Source: Octopus sinensis (lineage: Eukaryota). From it: a DNA stretch of 64,000 nt. How positions within the stretch are numbered: the stretch's first letter is position 1; each line of letters starts with the position of its first letter. Below are positions 13,601-27,709 of this stretch, one piece after another. Location: NCBI RefSeq assembly GCF_006345805.1, contig NC_043010.1, positions 8,370,001 to 8,434,000 of the forward strand, read 5' to 3'. Below the pieces are notes generated by a model. That model was given only the letters and a program-made list of their open reading frames with translations. It made no database searches and was not told the origin of the DNA. The position numbers were made by a program, and so were the translations under genes.

Positions 13601-13978
13601 AATGAACATATATGTATATACATATACATGTACATATACATGTGCATATCTTTATACATATATATGTATATATATATATATATATATATAAAATACATAT
13701 ATATATATATGAATCTGTATATATATGTATATATATATGATATAATATATATATACATATATATACATATATGTATATTTATATACATAAACATATATAT
13801 ACATATATATAAACACATATGATATGCATGTGTAAGTGTGTATATGTATATATATATATGTGTGTGGGTGTGTGAGTGTATAAATATATACACATGTATA
13901 TACATATATATGCATGTATATGCATAAACATATGTGTATATATATCATAGATTTATATGCATATATGGGTATATTTAT

Positions 13979-14030
<52 letters not shown>

Positions 14031-14267
14031 GTATACAAACCCAGATATATACAAATAAATTTATTAACATACGCATATATATGTACACACATTTATATAT
14101 ATACACATACACAGACACAGACACACACACATATATATACATACATATATATATATAGGTATATATTTTTATAAATTTTATTCATATATATGTATGTTTA
14201 TATACTTGTTATATTCTATGATATATATATATATATATATATAATATTACACACATATATATATACA

Positions 14268-14306
<39 letters not shown>

Positions 14307-14446
14307 CTATATATGTGTGTGTATATTATATATATATATATATATACATATATATACACACACACACTATATATAAACATATATATAATATGTATATATA
14401 TATGTTGTGTGTATATATATGTATATATATATGTGTGTATATATAT

Positions 14447-14478
<32 letters not shown>

Positions 14479-14576
14479 ATATACATATATAATATATATT
14501 TATATTTATAAATACAAATATATATATATGAATATATATGTTTACAAATATCTATCTATCTATTTATATATCTATA

Positions 14577-14612
<36 letters not shown>

Positions 14613-15050
14613 AGAGAGAGAGAGAGAGATAGATAGATAGATAGATAGATACATACATACATACATACATGCATACGTATATATGCATATATATAAATAT
14701 GCATTTATCAATACATGTATGAATATATCTAATACAAATAGGAATAAAACCTTCAAAAACAAATATATATATATGCATATATGTGTGTATGTATATATAC
14801 ATATATATATATATATGTATATATATGCACATACACATATACATGTATATATAGATATATTTATATATGTGAGTGTGTACATCTATGTATATATATGTAT
14901 ATATATGTATATATATATATACACACATATATATATATAAATATACATATTTTCACATATATATGTGTGTGTGGGTAGCTCCCTATAAATATTTTTAACA
15001 TATATATGCATATATGCATTTATTTATATGTATACCTACACTCTTATGCA

Positions 15051-15084
<34 letters not shown>

Positions 15085-15234
15085 CATATATATATGCATA
15101 TATATATGTATATATGTACATACATATATACATATATATATGCATATATATATGTATATATATACATACATACATATATTCATATATATATGCATGCATA
15201 TATATATATATATATGTATATATATACATACAAG

Positions 15235-15266
<32 letters not shown>

Positions 15267-16130
15267 TATACATATATATATTCATATACATAGATACAAA
15301 TGCATACATTACTATATCTACATATATGCAGCATTATATGTACATACTTATCCTTTACTGTACTAGCTTCAGTCTGAGTGCTGCGGTCATGCTGGGGCAC
15401 TACTGTTAGCTTGGTTGCACATATACAAACTACTACGTATATATACATATAAATATAAACATTTATATATGTGTGTGCATGTGTATGCTATATACACGCA
15501 TGCATGTATAGTTATATGTATGTAAAATATAATATATATTATATATATATAATATATATACATATACATATATATATATACACCACACATATATATGTAT
15601 GCATGTATTTATACATTTCATGCACACACACATAATATAATATATATATGGGTACGTATATATATATATATATATACATACATGCATACATACATATAGA
15701 TAGATACATACATACATACATACACATTTATCTATACTTGTATACAGTTACATACAAACATGTAGCTTTACACATATGAATGCATGTATGTTGAAATACA
15801 TGCAAATGAATATCCATCCAACCATTTATCCATACATCCATGGATACAAAAATACATATGTACATAGATACAAACATACATACATACAAACATGCATACA
15901 AACATACATTCATGCATACATACATACACACACACACATACATACATGCATGCATACATACATAAATACATACAAACATACATTCATACATACATACATA
16001 CACACACATACATACATACATACATACGTACATACATCCATACATACATACATACATACATACATACATACATACATACATACATACATACATACATACA
16101 TACATACATACATGCATACATACATACTGA
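13565..16130. repeat. About 2.5 kb compound (TA)n/(TATG)n/(ATAC)n low-complexity block
   Basis: Direct reading; source of many spurious YI/MYVC/HTYI ORFs. Confidence 0.93.
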
Positions 16131-18127
16131 CATATTGTAAAGCATTTAAAGTTAAATAACAAAATTTGTGCGTTCAACAGCAAGAAAAGAGAAATATTTT
16201 CGGGATATACTGATAGGAACACATGAATGAAAGAAGAAATGAAAGGTTAGCTGGAAGAATGAGTGTAAGAAAGATTAATTGAAAGAAAGAAACTCACAAA
16301 CTAAAGAAAGAAAGACAGAAAGAAGAAGGAAAGAATGAACAAGTGAGTAAAGAAATGAGTAAATGACAGATAGAAAGAATGAAGGTATTAATGAATGAAA
16401 TAATAAATGAATTCATGAAGAAATGAATGAGTGAAAGAAAGAAAGAAAGAAAGAAAAAAGGAAGGAAAGCAAGAAAGAGAAAAAGAACAAACAAATGTTT
16501 GAATGACTGAAAGAAAGAAACAAACAAATAAAAAGGAAGGAAGAAGTGTGAATGAGTGACAATCTAAGAAAGTAATGAAGTTAGAAAAAGGAATATAGAT
16601 AATGGCTCCAAATGTATAAATATATAAATATATATAGAATAAATGAAAGATGAAAAGGAATAGAAATGAAAGAATGAAAAGAATAAGAAATTAGAGTGGG
16701 AGGAAAAAAAGTAAGGTAAAACAATAGAAAGTGAAAGCAGAAAAGTAAGGAAGGAAAAAAGATGAGAAAAAGAAAAGAAAGAATGAATGAAAAATAAGAG
16801 AAGAAAAGGAAAAAAAGAGAAATTTGTTCCAAGATGTGGAACCATGGAAAGTATAAGAAAGTCAAAAATATATATATATAGTAAAAAAACATATCTATTT
16901 TTTCAATACCCAAAACATTGTTGTTAACTTACACAAACTGTAATATTATCTGTTATAATAAGTTATAATCTATTATAATAACCAAAGTACTTACTATAAC
17001 TAATATATAATGCAAAAAAAGGTGTACTAGTCTGACTTTCATTTAGTATTTACTAACACCAGATGAACAAAAACTGTCCACCACATCTCAAATTTTTTAG
17101 TTTTTTTGTTTATTCATTCTCTTTTATGTTTGTGTTTTTTCATTTTAATAATATTTATATTAAATGTATTGAAATTACTTAAACCTTAAAAATTATTTAA
17201 ACCCTAAAATTAAATTTAGTCTTATCATAACAACCCTTCTAATACTGAGATGGCCCTTGGGTTCTGTGATAAAAGTTTTGGCTTTAATGTGATCTTAATG
17301 TAAACCTTCAATTAATATTTCATGTTGATCTAAGTTCCAAACACCAGCTTGAAAACGACAAAATAATTTTACTAAATTCTTTATTATTTTCAAAAAATTG
17401 GTTTGAACAAGTGCAGTGTGTGTCCATTCTAGTTTCTCAGAAACGTGGTTACAAATTAGTTAATAGTTTGTCCATTAGAAAGAGAAAAAAAAAAAAAGAA
17501 AACCAAATACCTTAAGATAAATCTTTGTAAACTCTCAAAACAGCAAAAACAAATACGGAAAAAGTATTAAAAAAAAACGCCAAAAGTAGAATAATTCCAG
17601 ATGTGTGACTACTACTGACTAAATGAAACACACTGAGGTAAAAACAGAAAAAAAGTAAGAAAAGGAAAGTAAAAGAAATGAACCAGCTACTTACATGTGT
17701 CAATAAATCCTCCCGTGTTATGTTATGTCGCTTAGATGAGAAATGTGTGTATCCTGTTGTAGAGTACAGTGACTGCTGCCGCTGCTGCTGCTGTTGCTGT
17801 TGTTACTATTATTACATATATATATGTGCGCTGGCAGTGTTACTCGGCTTGGTCCGTGTGTTGTGTAAATATGAGACACAGGTCTGCAGTCCTACCAAGT
17901 GGAGTGTATTTGTAATGATGGCTGCAGCCAATAGCAAGCAAGTTTTCAAGTCACATGGATGGAAATAATAAAAAAAAAAAAAAAACCAAAACCCCTTAAC
18001 TTCAGCACTGAATTGACAGCATGTTCGTTTCCTCAAACAAGGAAAAGTGATTTTTATTTCCACAAAGACTCATACACCAATAAATAAATAAATAAATGCA
18101 TGCTTACATTCAAACGTAAAAGGATTT

Positions 18128-18161
18128 CTTTCATCATCATCATCATCATCATCATCAACAG

Positions 18162-18211
<50 letters not shown>

Positions 18212-18214
18212 CAG

Positions 18215-18255
<41 letters not shown>

Positions 18256-18259
18256 ACTG

Positions 18260-18296
<37 letters not shown>

Positions 18297-18495
18297 GTCG
18301 TCATCATCATCATCATCATCAGCATCATCATCATCATCATCGTCATCATCATCATCATCATTATCATCATCATCAGCAGCAGCAGCAGCAAGATTATCAT
18401 CATCATCACTAGCATTATCATCATTTTATATTATCATTATTTTATTTTATATTATTATCATTATTTTTATTATTTTATTATTATTATTATTATTA

Positions 18496-18528
<33 letters not shown>

Positions 18529-18536
18529 CATTATTA
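18128..18536. repeat. (CAT)n followed by (TAT)n trinucleotide tract
   Basis: Direct reading. Confidence 0.95.
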
Positions 18537-18764
18537 AGGCGATAAGCTGGCAGGATGGTTAGCATGCCGGATAAAATGCTTTGTGGCATTTTCATCCATC
18601 CTTACAGTCAGAGTTCAAATTCTGCTGTGGTCAACTTTGCCTTTCATCCTCATGGGGGAAGGGGGGTCAATAATTTAAGTACCAGTGAAATACTGGTGTC
18701 AATGTAATTGACTACTCCCTTCTCCACACAAATTTCCAACCTTCTACCACTAGTAGTAAGGATT

Positions 18765-18795
<31 letters not shown>

Positions 18796-19122
18796 ATATT
18801 GTTGTTGTTGTTTAAGTGTGATGAATGGTTAGAATTGTTAAGTGCATCAAACAAAATGCTGTGAGGTACTTTACTTGCTATCCAAGTTCAAGCCCTGCTG
18901 AATTTTTTGACTCAACATATTTTCCTGGGTGGATAAAAATAAGTTTTAGTCCTGTTAGAAATTGAATAGTCCCTGCCTCCAGGGCTATGTAAGCACTCCT
19001 CCTCCTCCTCATCATCATCATCATGATCGTCATCCTCCTCCTCCTCCTCATCATCCTCATCATCATCATCATGATCATCATGATCGTCATCATCATCATC
19101 ATCCTCATCATCCTCATCATCC

Positions 19123-19160
<38 letters not shown>

Positions 19161-19633
19161 GTCATCACTATTATTATTAAAGGTGGCGAGCTGGCTGAAT
19201 CATTAGCACGCAGGACAAAATACTTAGTGACATTTCTTCCTGGCATTACATTCCGAGTTCAAATTCTGCCGAGGTTAACTGTACCTTTCGTTCTTTTGGT
19301 GGGGTCAATAAAATAAAGTACCTGTTGAGATCAAGAGTCAATGTAATCAACTAAACCTCCACCACCACTTGATTTCCAGGCCTTGAGTCTATAATTGGAA
19401 AGATTATTGTTGTTGTTGTTATTATTTAAGCAGCAAGATGGGAGAATCATTAGAGCATCAAAGAAAAACTTTAGTGGCATTTTGTTCCAGATTCTGGTGT
19501 TGTAAGTTCAAATTCTGCAGAAGTTGACTTAAATTTTATCTTTTTGATAGCATAAGCACGAATCATGTGCTAGGGTTGATGTGATCAATTAACCCCTTCT
19601 CATAACTACTGGTTTTGTGCCAAAATTAGAAAC

Positions 19634-19705
<72 letters not shown>

Positions 19706-19706
19706 C

Positions 19707-19767
<61 letters not shown>

Positions 19768-19810
19768 GTATTTTAGTATTATTAGTATTATTATTATTAT
19801 TATTATTATC

Positions 19811-19848
<38 letters not shown>

Positions 19849-20077
19849 ATTATTATTATTATTAAGACGGTGAGCTGCTAAAATTGGTAGCATGCTGGGC
19901 AAAATGCTTAGTGGCATTTTGTTCATCCTTATGTTCTTAGTTCAAATTCCGCTGTGGTCAGCTTTGCCTTTCATCCTTTCAGGGTTGATAAATTAAGTAC
20001 CAGTGAAACACTGGGTTGATAAAATTGACAACTTCCCTCCCAACAAAATTTCCAGCCTTGTGCTTACAGTAGAAAGG

Positions 20078-20113
<36 letters not shown>

Positions 20114-20667
20114 GAGTGAGAGAGCAGTTCATGCCATCAAAGTGACACTGGGGTAAAATATACGAAGCCCAATATACCCATCATGACTACCCGTCTGATA
20201 AAGGTACACCAGGCACATGCATCACAACCATATGTGCGCGACATGGTGATCTCATATCAAGATAAACAGCACATGACCTTGCAGGTGGGGCCCAGTTTGA
20301 ATTTTCTTCAGGTTGAGTAGCCCATCCCGCTCAAATGGTCCCCGAATAAGGGTTGTTTAAGGATGTTGAAAGAACCACCCATGTTTCCAGAGGTGAACTA
20401 TTCAAACCCCAAAGCATCCCTCTCAACACATGGCTATGATGCTCCCCCACTACTTCTGCTCGTGATCAGAGATGCACATATCGTCAGCCACTAAGGGACA
20501 TGCTCAACTAGTTAAGGTCAAACAACTGACAAGCAGATCTGTGGTATTGAGCAGAATATTTGCTGTAGCCCATCTTTTATACCAAGACAAAACAATGTAC
20601 ATGATAACACTTCCAATCAGTTAAGATCAGAAGCCACGAGAGCCACTGCCTGGTACTGCATCAGGGC

Positions 20668-20722
<55 letters not shown>

Positions 20723-21632
20723 GCTTTTCAGCTTACATAGTCTAAATTTTGATCAATTCATAACAGATGTTAAAATAAAGTACCAGTCAAATATTAATAT
20801 TGTTTTTTTTTATTGGCTAAAAAGTACCTGGTTTTTTGTAGTGTGGTACTTATTCTATCAGTCTCTTTTGCTGTATCATTAGGCTCTAAGGATGCAGACA
20901 AATGTTGCCTAGTGGTGGTGGCAAATAGAAACACAAAGATACACATGCACACACACACATATGCAAGTACACACACACATATACATACCCCCCACACACA
21001 CACTCATGCACACATACACACACATCTACACACACGCAATGCACACATATTTACAAATCCGACAGACTTCTACACAGATCCCATTCACCAAAATTCACTT
21101 ACACTATTGGGTGGTTGGGGTCATAGCAGAAGACACTTACTCAAGGTGCTGTGCAGTGAAATCGAACCCAAAACCATGTGTTTGCAAAGCAAGCGTATTA
21201 ACCACACAACCATGCCTCAACACCATTTTCATTATTGTTATGACTAAAGTCATTTGTGCTTGAATCCTCACCAAAACCAGTTTTGCCTTTCTTCCTTTCA
21301 AGTTTGATAAATTAAAGTACCACTCATATACTGGGTCCCACTTAATCCTCTGGACCCCACCTTTTAATACAATTTTAATTTTATTCTAATGTTAATGCTC
21401 ATTATCGTCATCATAATCAGGGCATTGGATTAACAGAATCACTAGAGCATTGGCAAAAAACACTTTCCAGTATATCTAACTTTCTATGTTCTGAGTTCAA
21501 ATTCCACTGAAGTCAACTTTGCTTTTCATTCTTCTAGGGTTTAAAAAATACAGTACCAGTCAAGTTATGGGGTTGATATAACTGGCTAATCTCCTCTTAC
21601 TAAATTTTCTGACCTTGTGCCAAAAAGAAAAC

Positions 21633-21727
<95 letters not shown>

Positions 21728-22204
21728 TTATTATGACATAAGGCAGGTTCATTAGCATGCCATTCAAAATGTTCAGTGGCACTTCTTCCAGCTTTAAGTT
21801 CTAAGTTCAAATGTTTCCATGATCACTTTTGCCTTTCAACCTTTTGGATTCGATAAAATAAGCACCAGTTGAGCAGCAGGGTTGATGTAATTGAGTCCAT
21901 TTCCCCTTAAAATTGCTGGCCTTGTGTCAACATAAGAAAGAATGATTATCATCATCATTATTATTATTATTATTATTATTATTCAGTGTTATATTTTATA
22001 TATCGTGCTTTCACTTCACTACCGAGCGCAGCTCTGTGTGCCTTGGGTATGTGCTGTGATTTGTTGTGATGCTCTGATGGTTATTGTATGGAAAGTGTTC
22101 TGCGTAGGATGTGTGCAGTGCCTAGTAGTGCAATTTTCTGTATGTTATATGTGTTTGTAAGTCCTGGTGTTTTTGTTATGTATTTGTCTGAATATTTTTT
22201 TATC

Positions 22205-22235
<31 letters not shown>

Positions 22236-22495
22236 GTTATTATTATTATTATTATTATCATCATTATTATTATGAAGGTGGTGAGCTGGCAGAATTGTTA
22301 GCATGCCAGGCTAAAATGCTTAGTAGTATTTTGTCTGTCTTTATATTCTGAGTTCAAATTCTATCGAGATCAGCTTTGCCTCTCATCCTTTCAAGGTTGA
22401 TAAATTAAGTACCAGTGGAACACTGGGGTCGATGTGATTGGCTAGTTCCCCTCCCCACAAAACCCAGGCCTTGTACCTAGAGTAGAAAGGATCAT
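18537..22495 (+). mobile_element. Cluster of about 8 same-orientation SINE family C copies separated by (TTA)n/(CAT)n tracts
   Basis: Copies at about 18537-18765, 18815-18985, 19180-19405, 19428-19635, 19864-20080, 21420-21632, 21740-21945 and 22276-22495. Each has a ggyrgcgagctggcagaat..ttagca head, gagttcaaatt, a ctttgcctttcatcct core and a gattattatt tail. Confidence 0.85.
20114..20671 (-). mobile_element. About 560-bp non-coding interspersed element flanked on both sides by (TTA)n
   Basis: gagtgagagagcag...gcatcagggcattt; homologous copies at 37651-38115 and 38139-38625. Strand inferred by analogy with the Dong element (end followed by (AAT)n). Confidence 0.8.
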
Positions 22496-22521
22496 CATCC
22501 TCATCATTATTATTATTATTA

Positions 22522-22571
<50 letters not shown>

Positions 22572-24288
22572 CAGCTTAAATAATGTAAAAGAAGAAAGTT
22601 GTTCTGTTGCTGATGGAAGACAACAAATTTTAAACATGTAATAAACTTCAAGCTGTGATAGAAATTTTAGCTAGAATTTTGTGTAATATAAAAACAAAGA
22701 AAAACCAAAGGAAATTAAAACCATATTTTGGTATGAGCGAACAGTTCTTGTAAAGTTTCTCTCATTATATCTTCAGAGGAATCCTGAGATTTTTTGTTTA
22801 ATTATTATTTCCATGGGTATGTATTTGTGCACATGGTTTTGTGTATGTCTGTGCATATAAAAATATGTTTATATATGTGTATGCATGTCTGTGTATATGA
22901 GTGCATGCAATATGTGTCAGTGTAAGTATTTGAGTTTATTTATGTGGTAGAGTTTCATGTGTGCCTACGTGTGAAAATTATGTCTGTGTGTAAAGATGTG
23001 TGTGTAAATGTGCAAATATGTATATGTGTGTGAGCGTGTGTATGTTTGTGTGTGCATGTGTGCATGTGTGTGTGTATGAATAAATGGATATGCTTGTGCA
23101 AATGTGTGAGTGTGTATGCATATTTGTTGTGTGTCTGTATGCAGAGTGTGAAATATATGTGTGTGTGTATGAGTGTGAGTGTGTGCGCGTGTATGTACAT
23201 ATGCAAATACATGTACGTGTATGCAAATATCTGTGTATGCACGAGTGGAGATACACAAGTGTATTTGCACATCTGCACTCTTCTCACAGTTGCAACATTA
23301 TGTGAATATGTGCGTGTACGCTTTTATGCATTTCTAACTGTGTGTTTATATATGCGTGTGAGTGTGTGTGTGTGTCTGAGTGCATACGTGGTTGTGTGTT
23401 TTACTCAGCATCTTGCCTAGGAAGAAGGAGGGAGAGGAAGAAGCTTCGTCACATTTCCAACTGTTAATTTCCTTCTGTTATATTTACTTTTCCACTTTAA
23501 TTATTTATACAGCGTATAATTCAGTGATTGTTGGATTTTTAAATAAACAGTTCATTATTAAAAAATATTGATTTTTTTTTTCCTTATTTAGTTATTTATT
23601 CATTTATTTATTTATTGATCCAATCTCATTAATTCATTTTATTTCATTCTTTTGTTTTCCTTCTTCATATTTTCTTGCATTTTTGTTTTGATTTTTGTTA
23701 TTATTGTCATTTACATTTTATTGTTTTTGTTTGTTTTAATATAGATCAATTTTACAAATTATTGAAATATTTTTCTTCTCATAATTAAAAGATTGCTTTA
23801 TATTAAGAATATCTACTAATTAATTGAAATATAAACCACTGCAACAGAATGCTTTCAATATAATTAAATGAAGTGTATACAAAACCTCCATATTGAAATG
23901 ATTCTATTTTCATGTTTATTATTTCTTTATTTCTTTATTTAATTTATTTATGTTTCTACTCAATTATTACATAGCTTCAAGCAAGTGTTGCATTACAGTT
24001 ACAATTAATATTTCACTAAATTTGCTATAGGATCTCGCATACTATTAAATTAAATTCCATAATTAAATAAATGTTATTTAATTTTCGTGATCAAATAATA
24101 CTACTGATCTGTTTCAACAACCTTCATATCTACCGAATATTTCAACAGACCATAATGGCAAAAATCTAATATATTAGTTTTAAGTATTACAGAATGAAAA
24201 TAAAACAAAAATAGATTGTAAAATGAAAGAAAAATAGACAAGAACCACCCAATTCTCAGAATTATTCTCTATCTAGAATTATTCACCA

Positions 24289-24789
24289 CTAGCAGTATCG
24301 CCCGGCGTTGCTCGGGTTTGTAAGGGAAATAACTATATAAGCATTTTTAGAGAGTTATAGCCCAAAGAATAGCAAAAAATTGCATTAAAAATGGAAAAAA
24401 AATGATGGTAAATTTTTTTTTTAAATCGTTGACTCATCGTAGACATTTTTAGAGAGTTACTTCCCTTATATAATAGCGAAAAAAATGCATTAAAATGGAA
24501 AAAATGATGATAAATTTTTTTTTAAATCGTTGACTCATCTTAGATATTTTTAGAGATTTACTTCCCTTATATAATAGCGAAAAAATGCATTAAAATGGAA
24601 AAAAATGATGGTAAATTTTTTTTAAAATCGTAGACTCATCGTAGACGCGCGCTAATACCCAGAAGGGCTCGATATGAATCACGACTATAAGATACCCGCT
24701 TTTAGTTAAACTGCACCGCAAAATGTGGGAGTAGTTAGGAATCTAAATCGTAGGAGACAGACACGCAACTTCACTTTTATATATAAAGA
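24289..24789 (-). mobile_element. Non-autonomous Helitron
   Basis: Minus strand: A|TCTTTATATATAAAAG ... CCCGAGCAACGCCGGG hairpin ... CTAG|T; no TSD; three internal ~100-bp subrepeats. Confidence 0.88.
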
Positions 24790-26049
24790 TTATTCTCCAT
24801 TTCCTCTGTCTCTTTCTCTCTTTCTCTCCCTTTGTCTCACTCTTCTTTCATATTCCTTTCTCATGTCAGCCAACCGATTCCTTTCAATGCTTGAATCAAG
24901 CACTAATCTCTCTTTCCTGGATTTGTTTCTTGTTTTAAATCACTTGTCTTTACAGTGGCTATTATAATAAACAAAACCAATTTAGAGGTTACAAAGTTGT
25001 CAAAAAAGGAAAAGTCTTTTCAGTCAGATCTCACAATATTTTTCCCAATAGTTTAATCAGAAACAAGGAGCACACAGCTCAAGACAGATCAATATTTCCA
25101 ATCCTTAAAATTAATCTCAAGCTTAAGTTAAAGGAATAAAACAAAAAAGGAGTGAGAGGTTGAGAGACTGGAATTAGCTCATTCTTTATAATCAGGAACC
25201 TTTGTTTCACAGAATAACCCGAATTCTATTTGTTAAGCTGTTTTGTTTTGTTGTCTTGCAATTTGCTTTTTTAAATTTTAATATTTATGTTTATTTGGAA
25301 ATTTCGTTTTGCAAGTGCATCATGGGATAGATAGCTCAACTGAGATTATGCCATTAAACATCAACTAATTAAGTCTAATTCGGAAAATATAAATTTAAGA
25401 ATTACTACAAAAGTGCCTGAGGATAATCAAGGAATGAATTAATGAATGAATGAATATATTTTTCATATAAAATTTTAAAATTAATCTAAGATATGTTTAA
25501 TAAAAAGAAGAAAAATATGTTGAACCGTTTTGTTGGCTGTTATTAAAATATAGACAAACAGTTATAAAAATGTACTATTCGAATTGCTAGAATAATACTG
25601 CCCATATTTTCAAGCCTTCTGGAGTTGACAACATCATCAAGGACTCTATTTTAAGAGGATGACTGGTAGAGAAAACCGATTTATCAGAAACTTTGAAAAG
25701 CTGCTTAGTTTTAGATAGCATATATTGATCATATTTGACTGGTGCAATCTTTGATGCGAGCTGTCAAAAGAAATGACTTTTTAGTCTGCATAGTTTATTT
25801 CCACGCAAGCCCACCAGATTTGTTGCACTTGTTTGATGAGCCAAATGTGGTAGCAAGATATCTGACACATCTGACATATATCTCAGTGTTTCGGACAAAC
25901 ATTGAGATATCCCACTGAGCTAGAGCAGAATTACTCTCAAGAAATGCTATCAGTGTAATGTTTATAAAACTGAACAAAACATTTTTCAGAAGCATGCTGG
26001 AAGTCAAAAATATTACAGGGAGGAGAATAAAGAGTGAATGATGGGGGAG

Positions 26050-26520
26050 AGGAAGAGAGAAAGAGAGAGGAGAGATAGAGAGAAGAGAGAGGAGAGATAG
26101 AGAGAGGAGAGATAGAGAGAAGAGAGAGGAGAGATTGAGAGAAGAGAGAGGAGAGATAGAGAGAAGAGAGAGGAGAGATAGAGAGAAGAGAGAGGAGAGA
26201 TAGAGAGAAGAGAGAGGAGAGATAGAGAGAAGAGAGAGGAGAGATAGAGAAAAGAGAGAGGAGAGATAGAGAGAAGAGAGAGGAGAGATAGAGAGAAGAG
26301 AGAGGAGAGATAGAGAGAAGAGAGAGGAGAGATAGAGAAAAGAGAGAGGAGAGATAGAGAGAAGAGAGAGGAGAGATAGAGAGAAGAGAGAGGAGAGATA
26401 GAGAGAGGAGAGATAGAGAGAAGAGAGAGGAGAGATAGAGAGAAGAGAGAGGAGAGATAGAGAGAGGAGAGATAGAGAGAAGGGAGAGGAGAGATAGAGA
26501 GAAGAGAGAGAAGAGAGAGC
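26050..26520. repeat. 22-bp purine minisatellite (AGAGAGGAGAGATAGAGAGAAG)n
   Basis: GATA recurs at a 22-nt period (26155, 26177...). Confidence 0.9.
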
Positions 26521-26697
26521 AAGAAAGGAAAAAGACAGGTAAGTAAGCAGGGATGGTTAGAAATACTGTAAAGAATTAAATGGGTATAAAAGCAAAAAAA
26601 AAAAAAAAGGAAAAAACAAAAAAATTAAGGGATAAATAAAGATGAGAACTGCAATGACCAGGTAAAGTAGGACAACTAGCCTCTATATATGGAAAGT

Positions 26698-27161
26698 GGA
26701 GGCGCAATGGCCCAGTGGTTAGGGCAGCGGACTCGCGGTCGTAGGATCGCGGTTTCGATTCCCAGACCGGGCGTTGTGAGTGTTTATTGAGCGAAAACAC
26801 CTAAAAAGCTCCACGAGGCTCCGGCAGGGATGGTAGTGATCCCTGCTGTACTCTTTCACCACAACTTTCTCTCACTCTTACTTCCTGTTTCTGTTGTACC
26901 TGTATTTCAAAGGGGCCAGCCTTGTCACTCTCTGTGTCATGCTGAATATCCCCGAGAACTACGTTAAGGGTACACGTGTCTGTGGAGTGCTCAGCCACTT
27001 ACACGTTAATTTCACAAGCAGGCTATTCCGTTGATCGTATCAGCTGGGACCCTCATCGTCGTAACCGACGGAGTGCTCCTACAATTTCACAAGCAGGCTG
27101 TTCCGTTGATTCGGATCAACCGGAACCCTGGTCGTCGTCGTAGCCGACGGAGTGCTTCTAC
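26698..27161 (+). mobile_element. tRNA-derived SINE family A (resembles the OR-type Octopus SINEs), with duplicated 3' end
   Basis: A box TGGCCCAGTGG, B box GGTTTCGATTCC; flanking direct repeat ATATATGGAAA on both sides. Confidence 0.9.
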
Positions 27162-27709
27162 ATATATGGAAAATATGTTATTTGATTCAACAACTGTGAT
27201 GAAATATTTTCAACATAGATATGTACATACTGAAAGACGCGAAAGATCAGTGAAGGAAAATAGATAAAAACGAGAGAAAAAGAACTATGTTGTCGGGAGG
27301 TTAGTGTGACTGAACGAATGATGCGGAAATTATGATGTGCTAAGTATTGGTTCTACTCCAGTTGTTAGACAGGGGAAAGAAGAAGAAGAAGAAGAAGAAG
27401 AAGCAAGCATTTGAAAGAACAAAAGAAAAAAAGAAAGCTAACAATAACCAAAAGAAACCTTCTAAAGCTGTTAGCGCTTCTTTCTGTTGGCATGAATAAG
27501 AATGGAGTTTATGCCAAGAATTAGCATGGTACTTACCGAAGGAAAAAAAAAATGGAAGAAATATATTGTTAACTGACTATAAAAGATTTATTTGGGTGTT
27601 TTGCTTTCTATTTGCATATAATATTATTTTACTTTATTACAGATTTGAAAAGTTAAGTTTTGTTTGGGGACAAAAAATTCTTTAATATATACATATACAA
27701 CACATACAT

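Noticed and set aside
16230-16870. Hydrophobic F/S/L-rich ORFs resembling membrane proteins
   Set aside because: They come from GAA/AAAG purine-rich low-complexity DNA read on the opposite strand.
25305-25385. Enhancer-like stretch with TAATTA sites and a ZNF143-like TCCCATGATGCA
   Set aside because: The motif match is partial and such short motifs are common in AT-rich DNA; it cannot be supported without conservation or chromatin data.
26698-26775. tRNA-like sequence with A and B boxes (also 29370, 49604, 55940-56016, 46550-46628)
   Set aside because: It continues into a ~300-bp shared body with TSDs, so it is a SINE head, not a tRNA gene.
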